Below, one piece after another: positions 12,101 to 24,105 of a stretch of DNA of 64,000 nucleotides. Position 1 is the stretch's first letter; the number at the start of each line of letters is the position of its first letter. Where the stretch lies: positions 104,780,001 through 104,844,000 of the forward strand of contig CM059434.1 in NCBI GenBank assembly GCA_030390025.1. Reading direction: 5' to 3'. A model generated the notes under the pieces. That model searched no databases and was not told the DNA's origin. It saw only the letters and a list, made by a program, of their open reading frames with translations. A program made the position numbers and the translations under genes. The DNA is from Squalus acanthias. Taxonomy: Eukaryota.

Positions 12101-14519
12101 CAAGAGTTTGACTTCAGACATGATTAAGCAGGGCCTCCAGATAATTGCAGCAAACAGTTCTTCACTGTTGCTTGACCTGACTCTAGTTACTGACAGTTCG
12201 AATCTTTGCTGCATGAGTATTGATTAGCATAAATGCCTATAAACCAAAGCATTAGTATGCATTCTCCCTTTGCCACCGATTCATAGAAGCTCCATAATGG
12301 ATGCAGAAACTGTGAAGGTTACTTCTGCTGAGTTGAAAGGGTTTCCATGCATCATATAAATGAAGGACTAAGGCCGATCATGTAGGAGATCAACAAGGTT
12401 GAAAAGTATAGATACTGTAGATATGTAGGCTGCGCACAAGGATATTATCATCAGCTTTGTTTAAGTTGAGTAAAATAACAAGTTTTTTTTATGATTCGTG
12501 CCCCATAGACTTCAATGGAATCAAATTGGGCAGGGTGTTTAACGGGCGGCCAATTTATTCCACAAGTTTTCCGCCCCCCCATTCATGTTGGAAGCTACCG
12601 CTATGTATATGGCTCCCGTGTAGGTCATCTTTAACAATGTTAGGAAACTGTCAGAATATAAGAGGTTATTTTATAAATTTTGCACTCACCTGCTGAGCGC
12701 GGGTATCGGAAATTCAGGCACACACCCCTACGATTAAAATGACTGGATGAAAAATCATGGGGCGCGCAAACCCAAAATCCTGATATTTACAACCAGAAGG
12801 CAAGGCTCTACATGGAGACTGCAAATTCATAAAAGGGCCCTACATTTGGGTAATCGTGAGGGTAATAGTGCATCTGGTGCGGGAAATAATGAATGATGCA
12901 GCATGTACCTATTTGAGCTCATGGAGCAGCTGTCTGAGTTTCTGACGATATCAAGAGCCTGGTGTGTGTGGTTATGTAGCCTGGTCAGCATGAGTAAGGC
13001 AGTGATATTTCATTAACTTCATTCAGACTGGCCAAGTAATTACTATTAAACCCAAATAGCTAAACAGCGGGTTACCCCTTAATACATTTCAAAGTTAATT
13101 TATAATAGTGGAAAGGTAAATTTATTCTGTTTGTTTTATTTTGTTGGAAAAGTTAACTTCATCTCCTCAGGAATCGAATGCTTTCATATTTTAAAAGTTT
13201 GGCTTACATTTAAATTCACAAATGTTTTGACCTTAATTCTCAGAATAAAGTTATAGATAAAATGTCTGTCTGAATAACAGGCAATGCTTTGACATGTGGT
13301 TAACTAATAAATCTACCCCCTACCCTGATCATCATCAGACCCTTGAGTGTTACACTAAAGTAACAATGGGATCTTCTAATTAAAAGCATAAAGAACTATA
13401 TTGATTAAATATGTGAATAACAAATGCAGCCCCCTTTTCAGGAGCAATCTGACAGGTTCCTGATATTGCTAATTGCTTTGGGATTTGCCTTTGTGTGGTT
13501 ATGTAAATAAGAATCTCCTCTAAAGTACGCATTCAGCTGCCTTTGTCTGTGGAAGCATAATTTTCCCAGGAGTCTTTCTTTGTAAACGAGCAGCTGGCGC
13601 AGCCTTGGTATTGTTAACCCCAGTCATATACATACATACCCAATGGAAGAAAGGGCCAATCAGTTGAAAAAAAGTTCAGGACCTTGCCTATCTCAGCTTT
13701 GTCTGCCTGGGTCACTTCTGGTAATATTTAGAAAGATCGGGAAAATACTTTTGGAAACATCAGAGCCTTCCAAAAGTACCATTTATGTGCAGCAAGAATA
13801 TATCAAAACAAATCGCGGAGTTCCAGAGAAGGAAGCCAGTGAACTCCGCCCTCACTATAACATTTCAAATTATAACACAATTGTTTGTGGAACTATAACA
13901 CTGTGTGTACATTCATTGTTCTCTGGTAATGAATCACACATTACTTGAAAATGCAGTTTGACTTATTTAAATAAACAGCATTCCATTTATTTTAATGCTT
14001 AAATTTGACTTTAACACACAATAAATAACTGGATAATAATGGCTCCAAATAGTTAAAACCCTTATTATGTCAACCTTCCTAAATAATGTACTTTGAAATG
14101 GTGCTGAAGTATTACAGTATTCATTTCAACTGTAGTTTGAAGGATAATCGTATTGGCCAGTGAGAGGTCTTTCATAAAAATGTATATAATAGATTCATAC
14201 AGCGCAGAAGGAGGCCATTCAGCCCATCATACTTGTGCCGGCTCTTTGAAAGAGTTATTCAATTAGTCCCACTCCCCTGCTATATCCCCATAGCCCTACA
14301 TTGACAAATGCTGTAAAATCTGTAAGATATATTTTTTCCACATAAACAAACACTAGTGGGCCTCCCATAGCATTGTTTATGGTAAATCAGGGGCCACACT
14401 CTCACTTTTACCTGTCTCTGTCACCTTCATCATAAGATCCCAAGATAATTACAGATAATAATTACTGCCCATATTAATTCATCCATCCAGAAACACCCTA
14501 CAGTCTCCCAATTACAGCA

Positions 14520-15020
14520 TCTAATTATTTCTCAAATGATTAAAGGGTCTTCGCTTCCACCACTCTCCATTCCAAGTGTTGATCACTCTCTGCATCAAGA
14601 AAAACTTCCTGAGATTAGTCTTAAAGTTACCTTTTACTAGTTTGAACCTATCACCCCTTGTCCTACTCCCACAATTTAATTTAAAGTAATATTTTGGAAT
14701 TATCTTTTCCATACCATATACTATTATTATGTATAAGATCACCTCTCAGATATCTCCTTTCCAGGCTAAAAAGCCTGTGTGCCTCCAGTCTTTCCTCATA
14801 ACTCAGATCCCTGACAAAAGGGACCAGCCTTGCAGATCTTCTCTGCATTGCTTCCAGCACTTGAATGTCTCCCTTGTGCCCCAGTGACCAGAACTGAATG
14901 CAGCACTTAAGGTGTGGTCCACAGTTTGATCATTATTTACTCTGACTTATATTTAACTTTTTGGATATATAGTTCAACATTCTGTTGGCTTTGTTGATTG
15001 GTGCTTTGCATTAGATGGAC
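14520..15020 (-). mobile_element. Old CR1 3' fragment
   Basis: Minus peptide SRTRGDRFKLVKGNFKTNLRKFFLMQRVINTWN. Confidence 0.75.
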
Positions 15021-15303
15021 AATGCTGCCTGCAAGCCCAGCTGGCTTCCTGCCCAGGAGTTAAAAGTTCCCCTTTGCTCTTTATAAATGAGTAAATAATA
15101 TCATATAGCTGGTACACAGACAAAATCTGCCCCCCTCCCACCCACCCACCCACCACGGTGGTATTCAAAATATTAATTTGGCGTAATGTGGAATATCACA
15201 CCCAACCTGACAAATTGAATATTGTTAATGATGTTTGTCCATTTAGGCCAATTTATCATCTCAGTTGGAACAATGGACATCACTGCTCTAAAATAGTTAT
15301 GTT

Positions 15304-15770
15304 GGGGTGGATTTTCTCCCGAGCAGACTTAGGACGGCTGGCCGATGGAACATGATAGTCCTAGCAGGAGGCTGGTCCACTTTGAGGGCCAAGCTTCATT
15401 AACATCGGCTGCGGCAGGAGATCCCGTCCCTTAAGCTTCAGAAGCACTACTGCTCCTCCCAGCTTCAGAAAATTAAAAAAATAACTTAGCTTTGAGATCC
15501 TCTTTGGTCACGCCAACAGTTGGATGCATGGCACACGTTCCGACCAGTTCTGTCCAACCATGGAAATCGGGGTACTTTGTGCATCTTAGGACCCTGATTC
15601 GCATTTTAAATGGCCCTATCACCTGACTCATGGGGACGCTCTGGACTCCCAGCAGTAGTCCCGGGAGAACATTGCCATGCCCACAGCGACGGTGGCAACG
15701 GGGCGGTAAGTTACTGTCCACCATTTTTGGAGTGTTACCACCACTAGGCGGGAGGCCTGAAAATTCAGCC
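15304..15770. mobile_element. Degenerate Harbinger-type MITE
   Basis: Imperfect TIRs GGGTGGATTTTC / GAAAATTCAGCC bounding a GC-richer island. Confidence 0.5.
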
Positions 15771-16907
15771 TGTGAACTCTGAATACTTGAACAACTTCTT
15801 AGCTTCTGAAGGAATCAGTAGCAAGTTTGTGGTGATCTGCGCCTTATAACAAATTATGTAACATACATTTATGAAGATAGATTTTGTTCTAAATGTAGTT
15901 CTGTGGATCGGAAGTCAGTTAAGACAAAGGACTTTTCATGTCTTTATTTATAAAAAAGATTAAGGAGGCAAACTGACAGCAAAATGCAATACATCTCACT
16001 TATAAATATAGACAACAAATTATATGAACGTATACTTATCAAAGGAAAAAAAAAGGTGTTGATTGTCATTTTTAAAAAGAGATTACACTTGTTTGCCTGT
16101 AAATTATGAAGTTAATTCCCAGCCTGTAGACTTAATTTGCTGCTAAAAATATGAATGTATTCCACCACAGTTATTTTTGGTTGCCTACCAAACATTTAAT
16201 TTCTTGCTGGTAGTATTCACATATTTGATGTGAAGAATAAAACCAGTGACACTGGAGAATATGTCTGGCCCAGCAATGAAGGATGGGCCAGATGCAACTT
16301 CATCAATAAATTATCTTCTCTACATCTCCAATAGATGTGACCTTACACAGCTAGAGTTCAGCTCTGCTGATCTGAAAAATATAATCTGGGAGGGTGGTGG
16401 TAAGGGGTATGTTTTGAATACAGAGCAGTTGTCAAAGGAAAATCTGAACAAGGTAGTAATTACTGCTGACCTGCCCTGATTAACATAATAGCCTGGAAAT
16501 GACTGTGAGTAATGTTATCATACGAATGTTTAATGCTCTTACATCAACATTTTCTCTCTGCTATTTTAACGGATGTTTAAAGGGGTTTGTTTTAAATAAG
16601 CCATTACTTCTCATGTGGACAACTTGCATATGGTGTTGAAGTCCAAATAACACCACTTTAGGTTTTCTTTACCTTCTTGCCTTCACAGAGCTAACAGAAA
16701 TATATTGGTTACTTTGAACACATTGAAAGTTATAACCAGAATATTATCACTGAGATAGCTACTGCAAGCCAAACTGACAACCAGCACATCATTATTTTCC
16801 TAAATAAAAATCAAGCAGTCGTTACTGGGGATGTAAACTGAGATTATTATGCTCTTCTTGATCAGCCAGGCTCAGATGTATTTTTTTATGGCACAGGTGG
16901 ATTGCTT

Positions 16908-17665
16908 GGCCCGTATTTTCCGATCCCCATGGGTGCGTACGTGTTGTGTACACACCCGTAGGGACATCGCAAGTGCCGGTTTCAGGCATGTGAAGCGCAC
17001 GCGCTGAAAACCGGCACTTCCGATCTGTCAAGAATCCTCTTGATAGATCCTCCGCCTGCCCTGGAGATGGGCCTCTGCGGGTGGAGAGTTCCACTTTCTG
17101 CAGAACCTCCGCCCGCTGAAAACCCTTAAAAATCTTACGCCTGGTAAAAGCAGGCGTAAGGCCTGCTTTTACCAACATAAGAGTTTAAAAAATAATTTTT
17201 TTTCACTCATTTATAATTTAAAAATACTTTTAAAAAAGGTAAGTTTATTTTTAGCCCCGTAAAAAACTTTAATTTTTTTTCAAAAAATTTAATTTTTGTT
17301 TAAAATATTTAATTTAATGTAATTTTAACTAATTTAAAAAATGTGATTAAAAAAAAATTATTTAATGTTTTGATGTGTTTTTTGAGTGATCCCCATTCAT
17401 ACTTTTGACGGGTCTAAGCTGAGAGACCTGTCAAAAGTATGAAGGGGGATTCCCTTCTTCCATTGATTCCCCATAGCCCATGTAATCTCAGGGACACTTG
17501 CGAACCACCTGCACCCCTGGGATACCTGGGCCTCTGCGCGCGTGCACCAGGAGAGGCCCAGGAGCTGAAGTGTTCGGACCTGCGGAGCCCTCAGGTAAGG
17601 GCGTAGATTTTTTCCAGATCGGCGGCATCCGCACACAGGAAGCCTCCGATCAGAAAATACGGGCT
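16908..17665. mobile_element. Harbinger-type MITE
   Basis: TIRs GGCCCGTATTTTCCGATC / GATCAGAAAATACGGGCT; GC-rich ends with an AT-rich core (17180-17390). Confidence 0.8.
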
Positions 17666-18235
17666 AATGTCATTTACTTTCAAGGTCATTTTCTTAGAAT
17701 GGAAGCTACACCAAGTGAACAAGCCTCCTTCAGGGCAGTGCACAGCTTAAACTTCTCGTGTTTTATGTGTTTTTATGTTGAAGAATGCACATCTTGGTGT
17801 GAAGGCCATTCTGAAACCTAATATACTCCATTATACTGAGTTTGTTGGTACAGTATTGGATCAGTTTTCAGAGTAGAAATAATCAGAAACTCGTCTGTTA
17901 TTAATCAGAAGAAAATACATGGGTAGTAACCGAGGAAACATGAGTTTTAGAAACAACCAATAAATGTGAGGGTGCTGTGTTGACTGCCTTTATGCTACAG
18001 CCGGCACACATGGAAATCATTGTTAGATGCCTCATGGTATTTGTCTCATTTTCACCTCTACAGCTGAGATCAACATGACTTGAGCGGCACTACTTTTCGC
18101 TGGGGCTGGCAGGATGAAAATCTCAATTGATCACTGCCTCAAACACACAATGCGGAGATGCCGGTGTTGGACTGGGGTGGACAAAAGTGAGAAGTCGCAC
18201 AACACCAGGTTATAGTCCAACAGTTTTATTTGAAA

Positions 18236-18273
18236 TCACAAGCTTTCGGAGCGGCTGCTCCTTCGTCAGGTGA
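18236..18273 (-). ncRNA. Minimal type I hammerhead ribozyme (Penelope-associated), left arm
   Basis: Minus strand reads UCAC-CUGACGA-A-GGAGC(agcc)GCUCC-GAAA-GCUU-GUGA. Confidence 0.75.
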
Positions 18274-18836
18274 AGTGAAGGAATACAAAATCGACAAAGC
18301 ATATATAGATAGAGAACAATGCATGTGTAACTTACAATGGCAGACGACTACATTTAATCCTCCTGACTGTTTATCTGCCGAGGTGTGACAAAAGGCAATC
18401 AGGTCAGCCAGGAAGGCACCACATCAAAGACATAGCAAGATACAACTGAGACAATGAGGTGGGGTTACAGGGGGTCTAATGTGTCAAAAGCTGCAGTCGG
18501 TATGGAAAACGATAAACTTTAAAATTTTTACTTTTTTACTGGGAATCACAGTAAAAATTACTGATTCCCAGTAAAAAAGTAAAAATTTTAAAGTTTATCG
18601 TTTTCCATACCGACTGCAGCTTTTGACACATTAGACCCCCTGTAACCCCACCTCATTGTCTCAGTTGTATCTTGCTATGTCTTTGATGTGGTGCCTTCCT
18701 GGCTGACCTGATTGCCTTTTGTCACACCTCGGCAGATAAACAGTCAGGAGGATTAAATGTAGTCGTCTGCCATTGTAAGTTACACATGCATTGTTCTCTA
18801 TCTATATATGCTTTGTCGATTTTGTATTCCTTCACT

Positions 18837-18874
18837 TCACCTGATGAAGGAGCAGCCGCTCCGAAAGCTTGTGA
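18837..18874 (+). ncRNA. Minimal type I hammerhead ribozyme (Penelope-associated), right arm
   Basis: UCAC-CUGAUGA-A-GGAGC(agcc)GCUCC-GAAA-GCUU-GUGA: stem I UCAC/GUGA, 5-bp stem II, palindromic AAGCUU in place of stem III. Confidence 0.75.
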
Positions 18875-19049
18875 TTTCAAATAAAACTGTTGGACTATAA
18901 CCTGGTGTTGTGCGACGTCAAACACACAAGGGTTCATAGTAAAAGCATATACAGTTTTGGTTCAACCAATGACTCAGTGGGTTTATCCTGTGAGTAACCA
19001 AGCCAAACAAATCAAAACGGTCCCATGGTCTATTCTGTGCTGATCATCA

Positions 19050-19440
19050 ACAATAACTACTGGCACCTTTAATGATAGGAAAATGTCCCAAGACACAGTT
19101 AGCCATCAGACCAAATAGGATTAGAAGGAAGACTGGGGGAGATATCAGAAGGCACTGCTGAAGACGGTTTTGAAGATGAGAAGAGATGTAGCAAAATGAA
19201 GGGATGTATCAAGGGAGCTCTAGAATGTGAGAGCTAGATAGCTAAAGGTTCTGCTATAGATGGTAGAGTGGAGGGAGAGGGTACATGCAGCAGATCCCTG
19301 CTGAAAGAACAGAGTGTATAGGCAGGGATTTGATGTTATAAAGGTAGGGCGAATCAAGGCCATGGACAGGTTTGAAAATGAGGACAAGGATTTTGAAGTT
19401 CATGCACTGGGGAATGAGGCTCTGGAAATGGAACTGGGAT
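19050..19440 (-). mobile_element. L2 LINE 3' remnant
   Basis: Minus peptide NFKILVLIFKPVHGL.SPYL; similar to the other L2 remnants in the window. Confidence 0.6.
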
Positions 19441-19479
19441 GTCGTTTTTTTTAGGGATGGAGGGTGAGGGATTGGGGAC

Positions 19480-20477
19480 TCCTGCTCCTCAGCTTCTCGA
19501 CTGATAGGTGGTGGCAAGGGCTGTTCCCTCATGATGGCAAGGTTGTGCAGCATGCAGCATACCATGACAAATCTTGAGACCCTCGCAGCCGAGTTCTGCA
19601 GGGCTCCTCCACAGCGGTCCAGGCAGCGGAATCATTGCTTTAAGACACCAATGGTCTGCTCTATAAGATGGCTTTCGTTGTGTGCCTGCTGTGCATGTGT
19701 GCATGGGTTGCGAACTGGCGTCATGAGACATCTCATCAGCGGATAACCCTTGCCGCCCAGTAGCCACCCTTTGGTTTGCCGTGGTGGTTGAAATACAGTT
19801 GGCACAGAGAACTGCCGCAGAATGAACGCATCATGATTGCTGCCAGGATACCGGGCATTGACCTGCATGATGTGATGCCTGTGGTGACAAACCAGCTGCA
19901 CATTGAGGGAGTGAAATCCCTTTCAGTCAGGTACATGGTAGAGTTGACATGAGGCGCACACAAAGCAATGTGTGTGCATTCAATGGCACCCTACACCATG
20001 GGGAAGCCTGCAATCCTTGCAAATCCTTGTGCTCACTCCCCCTACTTGTCTCTGGCAAGAGAGAATGAGATGAAGTTATCTCTCTTTGCATCAAGAGCCT
20101 CAGTGACCTCCCTTATGCAACAGTGCACTGAAAACTGAAAGATGTTGCTTATATTTCCAGCAGCAGCTTCGAAGGAGCCAGACGCATAGAAGTTCAGAGC
20201 CACAGTGACCCTGACAGCCACTGGCAATGCAGTCCATACCCGGCTCTGAGGTTGGAGTTGTGGCTGCAGCAGTTGGCAGATTTCAGGGATGAGCTCTTTA
20301 GTGAAGCACAGATGTCTCAAGCATTGGTCATCACTGAAGTTTACGTACGAGAATTGTTCCCTTAACACCTTTCTATTGAGAGCCCTTCTCCTCCTCCTCC
20401 TCCCTCATCTATCAGCTTGTCCTGCTCTGCATGGCCTCATGCTCAATGCCAAGAGGAAGGCCTACTAGTCCACCTAT
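19480..20477 (-). pseudogene. Harbinger DDE transposase pseudogene
   Basis: Frameshifted pieces: VAVRVTVALNFYASGSF, QLVCHH..VNARYPGSNHDAFILRQ, GWLLGGKGYPL (catalytic D changed to G), IEQTIGVLKQ, VCCMLHNLA. Confidence 0.92.
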
Positions 20478-20510
20478 GTCTGTTAGCAACTGATCTGTGT
20501 AGAAGCCTTT

Positions 20511-21368
20511 GGCCGCGATTTTGTGATCGGTGTCGGGATGGGTGCAGGACAGCTGGTTTCCGGGTTCCAGTCCTGCCCCCAGCTGCCTCCGCTCCACAGA
20601 CGTGATTTTCCCTTGATTGACCTTGTTAAGCCCGCCCTGCAGGCTTACCGACCAATTAACAGGAAGCGGGTCTGATGACGTCATTTGATGACACGTCATC
20701 TGCCGGTTTCCTTAAAGGGACCATGCACAATTTTATTTTGACAGTTGATTTCTCAGTGTTTGACAGCATTGAGGTGCTGAAAACACTGACAATCACTGCA
20801 CAAAGGTGAACTCTTGCACCCAGGCTCTCCATATGCTGAAATAGATGGCAGCTGCAGGTGAGATGGCAAAAGCGATCTGTCACTGGTGAGAGAGATTCTC
20901 TCAATGAGATGGCACTGGACATATAGTTGGATTTAAAAACTTGTAAGCTAAAGAAATCTGTAAATGTTTTAAAAATGCAGTTACCAACATTTTCTTTGTT
21001 CTGAAACTCACCATGTGCAACATTGCATCCTTCACACCACTTCTGCAGCTGTCATCGTTTCACAAACATTACACCAGACTCACAACACACCACACTTACC
21101 TGGCGTGGTGTCCGGATGTCGGGAAACCTGACCCAGAAGCGGGAAAATCCCAAAACAGGCTGAAAACTACTGACAAGTACCTGTTAATAGGCAGGTAATT
21201 GCTTTAATCCGTTTCCCGCCACTACGTGTCGGGTCCATTTGCAAATCAGGGATCCGACACTTGGGAACGCTGTTTGGAGGCTGGTTGACGGTGGGTTCGG
21301 GACCCGCCGTCAATCAATAGCACTTTAACCTCTGACCCGCCTCTCTGAGCGCTGGCAAAATCGCGGCC
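20511..21368. mobile_element. Harbinger-type MITE nested in the 5' region of a Harbinger transposase gene
   Basis: Perfect 13-bp TIRs GGCCGCGATTTTG / CAAAATCGCGGCC; the flanks join to match the uninterrupted homolog near 39180-39220. Confidence 0.85.
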
Positions 21369-22375
21369 TGAAAGTCAGCAGAAAAGTACTTCAGCACCTG
21401 TCACACCACTCCCTGAAGAATATTGAAAATTTAACCAACTACAGAAAGCACCCAAAACATGTAGAATTACAACACCAGCCAGAAGAAATCAATCAGCAAC
21501 TAACCTGTGAGTAGTTCATGATCCCTTTAACTAGCGCTGGTGGGGGGTCCTTCATGCCGTTTAATATCGTGTTCAGCTGTGCGAGGTTAAGGGCTGCAGC
21601 GTGGAGCTCCAAAATGGCAGCGCTGGCAACAAATCAGTGTTTCACGCTGTTTGATGTCATGATCTGCCTGTTCTGCATACTGCCGGTGGACGTTAGGTGT
21701 GTGCGCGCAAACACCTTCAGGAAGATGGCGTCCAGTGCACTTTCTGTCGGAAGTGTGCGCGCTCACCGCGTACGCCATTTTCAACACTTAAGGGGCCTTG
21801 AAGTGGCCACGAATCAGGCGCATCAGTGCCCAATTTTGTCCTCACTGGCTTCAGGGCAAAAGAGAATAAACTTAGAGAACAGAATAGATTTCCTCCTAAA
21901 CTCCAAATAATACAAAACCAAGAATAAAATGAAAAGATGTCTACCAATCTACTAACAAACTCGTAAGAAAAGTTCTCCGGGGGAAGTAACTCAGTAACAA
22001 TAAGGTCTCTCTCTTTCTCGAAAAACAGATGATATTTTACTTGCACTATACACTCTACACGTGCGTGTGTCTGCTTTACAGAATTACCAGCGTATGCCCA
22101 ATGTTTCCAATGTGGTGGTGTGCGCACTCTTGGGAAGCACTGCACACAAGCAAGTGGTTTTGCATCCTCTTAATGTGGTCTTCTTTGGTGTTTTGATTTT
22201 TGTTTCGCTGCCATTTTCAAGACAATGATCACAGTGTGTGTTTACAGGCCGCAAAAAAATATTTGTAAAGCAGAGGTGGTCACTCAGTGGGTGGCAACTT
22301 TAATTGTACCAACTTTTAAGAAATTTAAAGATACAATACCCTATCAATACTGTGCAAGAGACAAGAGTGACTCAA

Positions 22376-22726
22376 CAGTGTAGATGCTGAGAGGTTGTTT
22401 CCCCTGGCTGGAGTGTCTAGAACTAGGGGGCATAGTCTCAGGATAAAGGGTAGGCCATTTAAGACTGAGATGAGGAGGAATTTCTTCACTCAGAGGGTTG
22501 TGAATCTTTGGAATTCTCTGCCCCAGAGGGCTGTGAATGCTGAGTCTTTGAGTATATTCAAGGCTGAAATAGATAGATTTTTGGACTGTAGGGGAATCAA
22601 GGGATAAGGAGATCGGGCGGGAAAGTAAAGTTGAGGTCGATGATCAGCCATGATCTTATTGAATGGTGGAGCAGGCTCGAAAGGCCATATGGCCTACTCC
22701 TGCTTTTACTTCTTATGTTCTTATGT
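22376..22726 (+). mobile_element. CR1 3' fragment
   Basis: FPLAGVSRTRGHSL..FFTQRVVNLWNSLP followed by 3' UTR and (CTTATGTT) tail. Confidence 0.93.
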
Positions 22727-23159
22727 AACTCTAGACACTCGTCCATTAATTGTACATATTTAAGGAATGTATTACCTACCTATTTTACAGTGTACCATAT
22801 GCATTCACATTCTTCAGATGCAATTATATGCTGTTTCAGGTCTCAAAAATGAAAAAGCAAGGATGTTGATGAAATATATATGTGCTCTTGATAAAGTTAA
22901 CTGCCAGTACTGTCCTGTATCATCACATAGAAGGAAAGTTTATGTCTCATTCTAGTCTATAATGGACTTTTCAAGGTTTTGCAATGGATTGCTAAAAATC
23001 AGTGTAAAAGTTTCCAATCCATTGCTATTACAGTATTTGTTTTTGTGAATATAATGAAGGGTTCCCTAATTATTAAAAGTGATATTATTCCTAGCTGAAA
23101 TTAATACATATTTAGAACATGAATATTTTAGAACGTATTTGTTCAACATTGTCTATAAG

Positions 23160-24105
23160 AAGAAAGAAAGTATTTGCATCTCAAGGATGGCCCACTTGGG
23201 CACTCTCAGCAAGGAGTGATGCCCACAGAATCCTGGTCGGGAGAACATAGGCCTGCCGCTCCTGATTTCCCAACCATTCATTTAAATGGATGAAAAATCA
23301 AAGTCTGCAGGCATGCAATTTCTCAACCTGTGTTCTCTGAAAGTGCCGTCCCTCGCCGGGAGCGCCCAATTAAGGAATCAGCCCTATCAGGTATTACTTT
23401 GAAGTGTAGCCAGTGTTGCCATGTAGGCGAAAGCGACTGCTATTTTACAGTGAGATCAGAAAAACAGCAATGAATGACCAGTTAATCAGTCTGGGTAGTG
23501 TTGGTTAAGAGATGATTGTTGACTAGGACACAGAGTGAGCAATCCTGCTCTTCTTCAAATAGTGCCATGCAATCGTTAATGCTCACTCAGCGGGCAGATG
23601 GGACCTCATTTTAACATCTCACTTAAAGGACAGCACCTCTGAAAATGCAGCACTTCCTCAGTTCTGCACTCAAGTCTAAGTATAGAGTGTGGAACATGTC
23701 ACTTGCTCGTGTGGTGAACACTGATTTGCTAAATTCCATCAAAAGAAAGCTGGACCTGTTTCTGACTGGGACGGAGATAACCTCGTCCAAAAGCTAGGAT
23801 TCTTGTAACGTAAATTGGAGTGATTGTGACCTCCTGGACTATTTTCTGTCACCTGAAAGGGTCAGAGAGGAATTTACCAGATTTTTTTTCCCCTAATTGG
23901 CCTGAGTTTTTATTTGTTTTTTTCACCTCTCCCAGGGCTCCGGGTGAGTAGTGAGGGTTTGTATCATGATGCATAGGGCATCACAACTGTGTGGGCCAGT
24001 GGGTCTTTCGCTGTCCGTCATTTTCATATGTTTGTATTACGAGCTCAAATCCTGGAGTGGGACTTGAACCCACAATCTTATGGCGAGAGTACTACCAACT
24101 GACTT
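23160..24105 (-). mobile_element. Deu-domain SINE with two nested insertions (about 23190-23385 MITE-like; about 23690-24035 CR1-like 3' end)
   Basis: Reverse-complement similarity to 7505-7962 (ttcttcaaatagtgccatg, ttaacatctc, cagcacctctga, gggacttgaacccac). Confidence 0.65.

Larger units (their letters stand above)
18151..18917. mobile_element. Penelope-like element insertion: two inverted pLTR copies forming a palindrome
   Basis: 355-bp arms (18194-18548 / 18562-18916), 13-nt spacer, 43-nt extra tail on the left, 12-bp TSD TCAAACACACAA (18139-18150 / 18918-18929), hammerhead motif plus AATAAA in each arm. Confidence 0.85.
19480..21841 (-). mobile_element. Decayed PIF/Harbinger element (one TIR end, transposase side)
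   Basis: Terminus ..gcccaattttgtcc at 21841; 21370-21800 is homologous, inverted, to 38800-39230; contains a transposase pseudogene. Confidence 0.8.
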
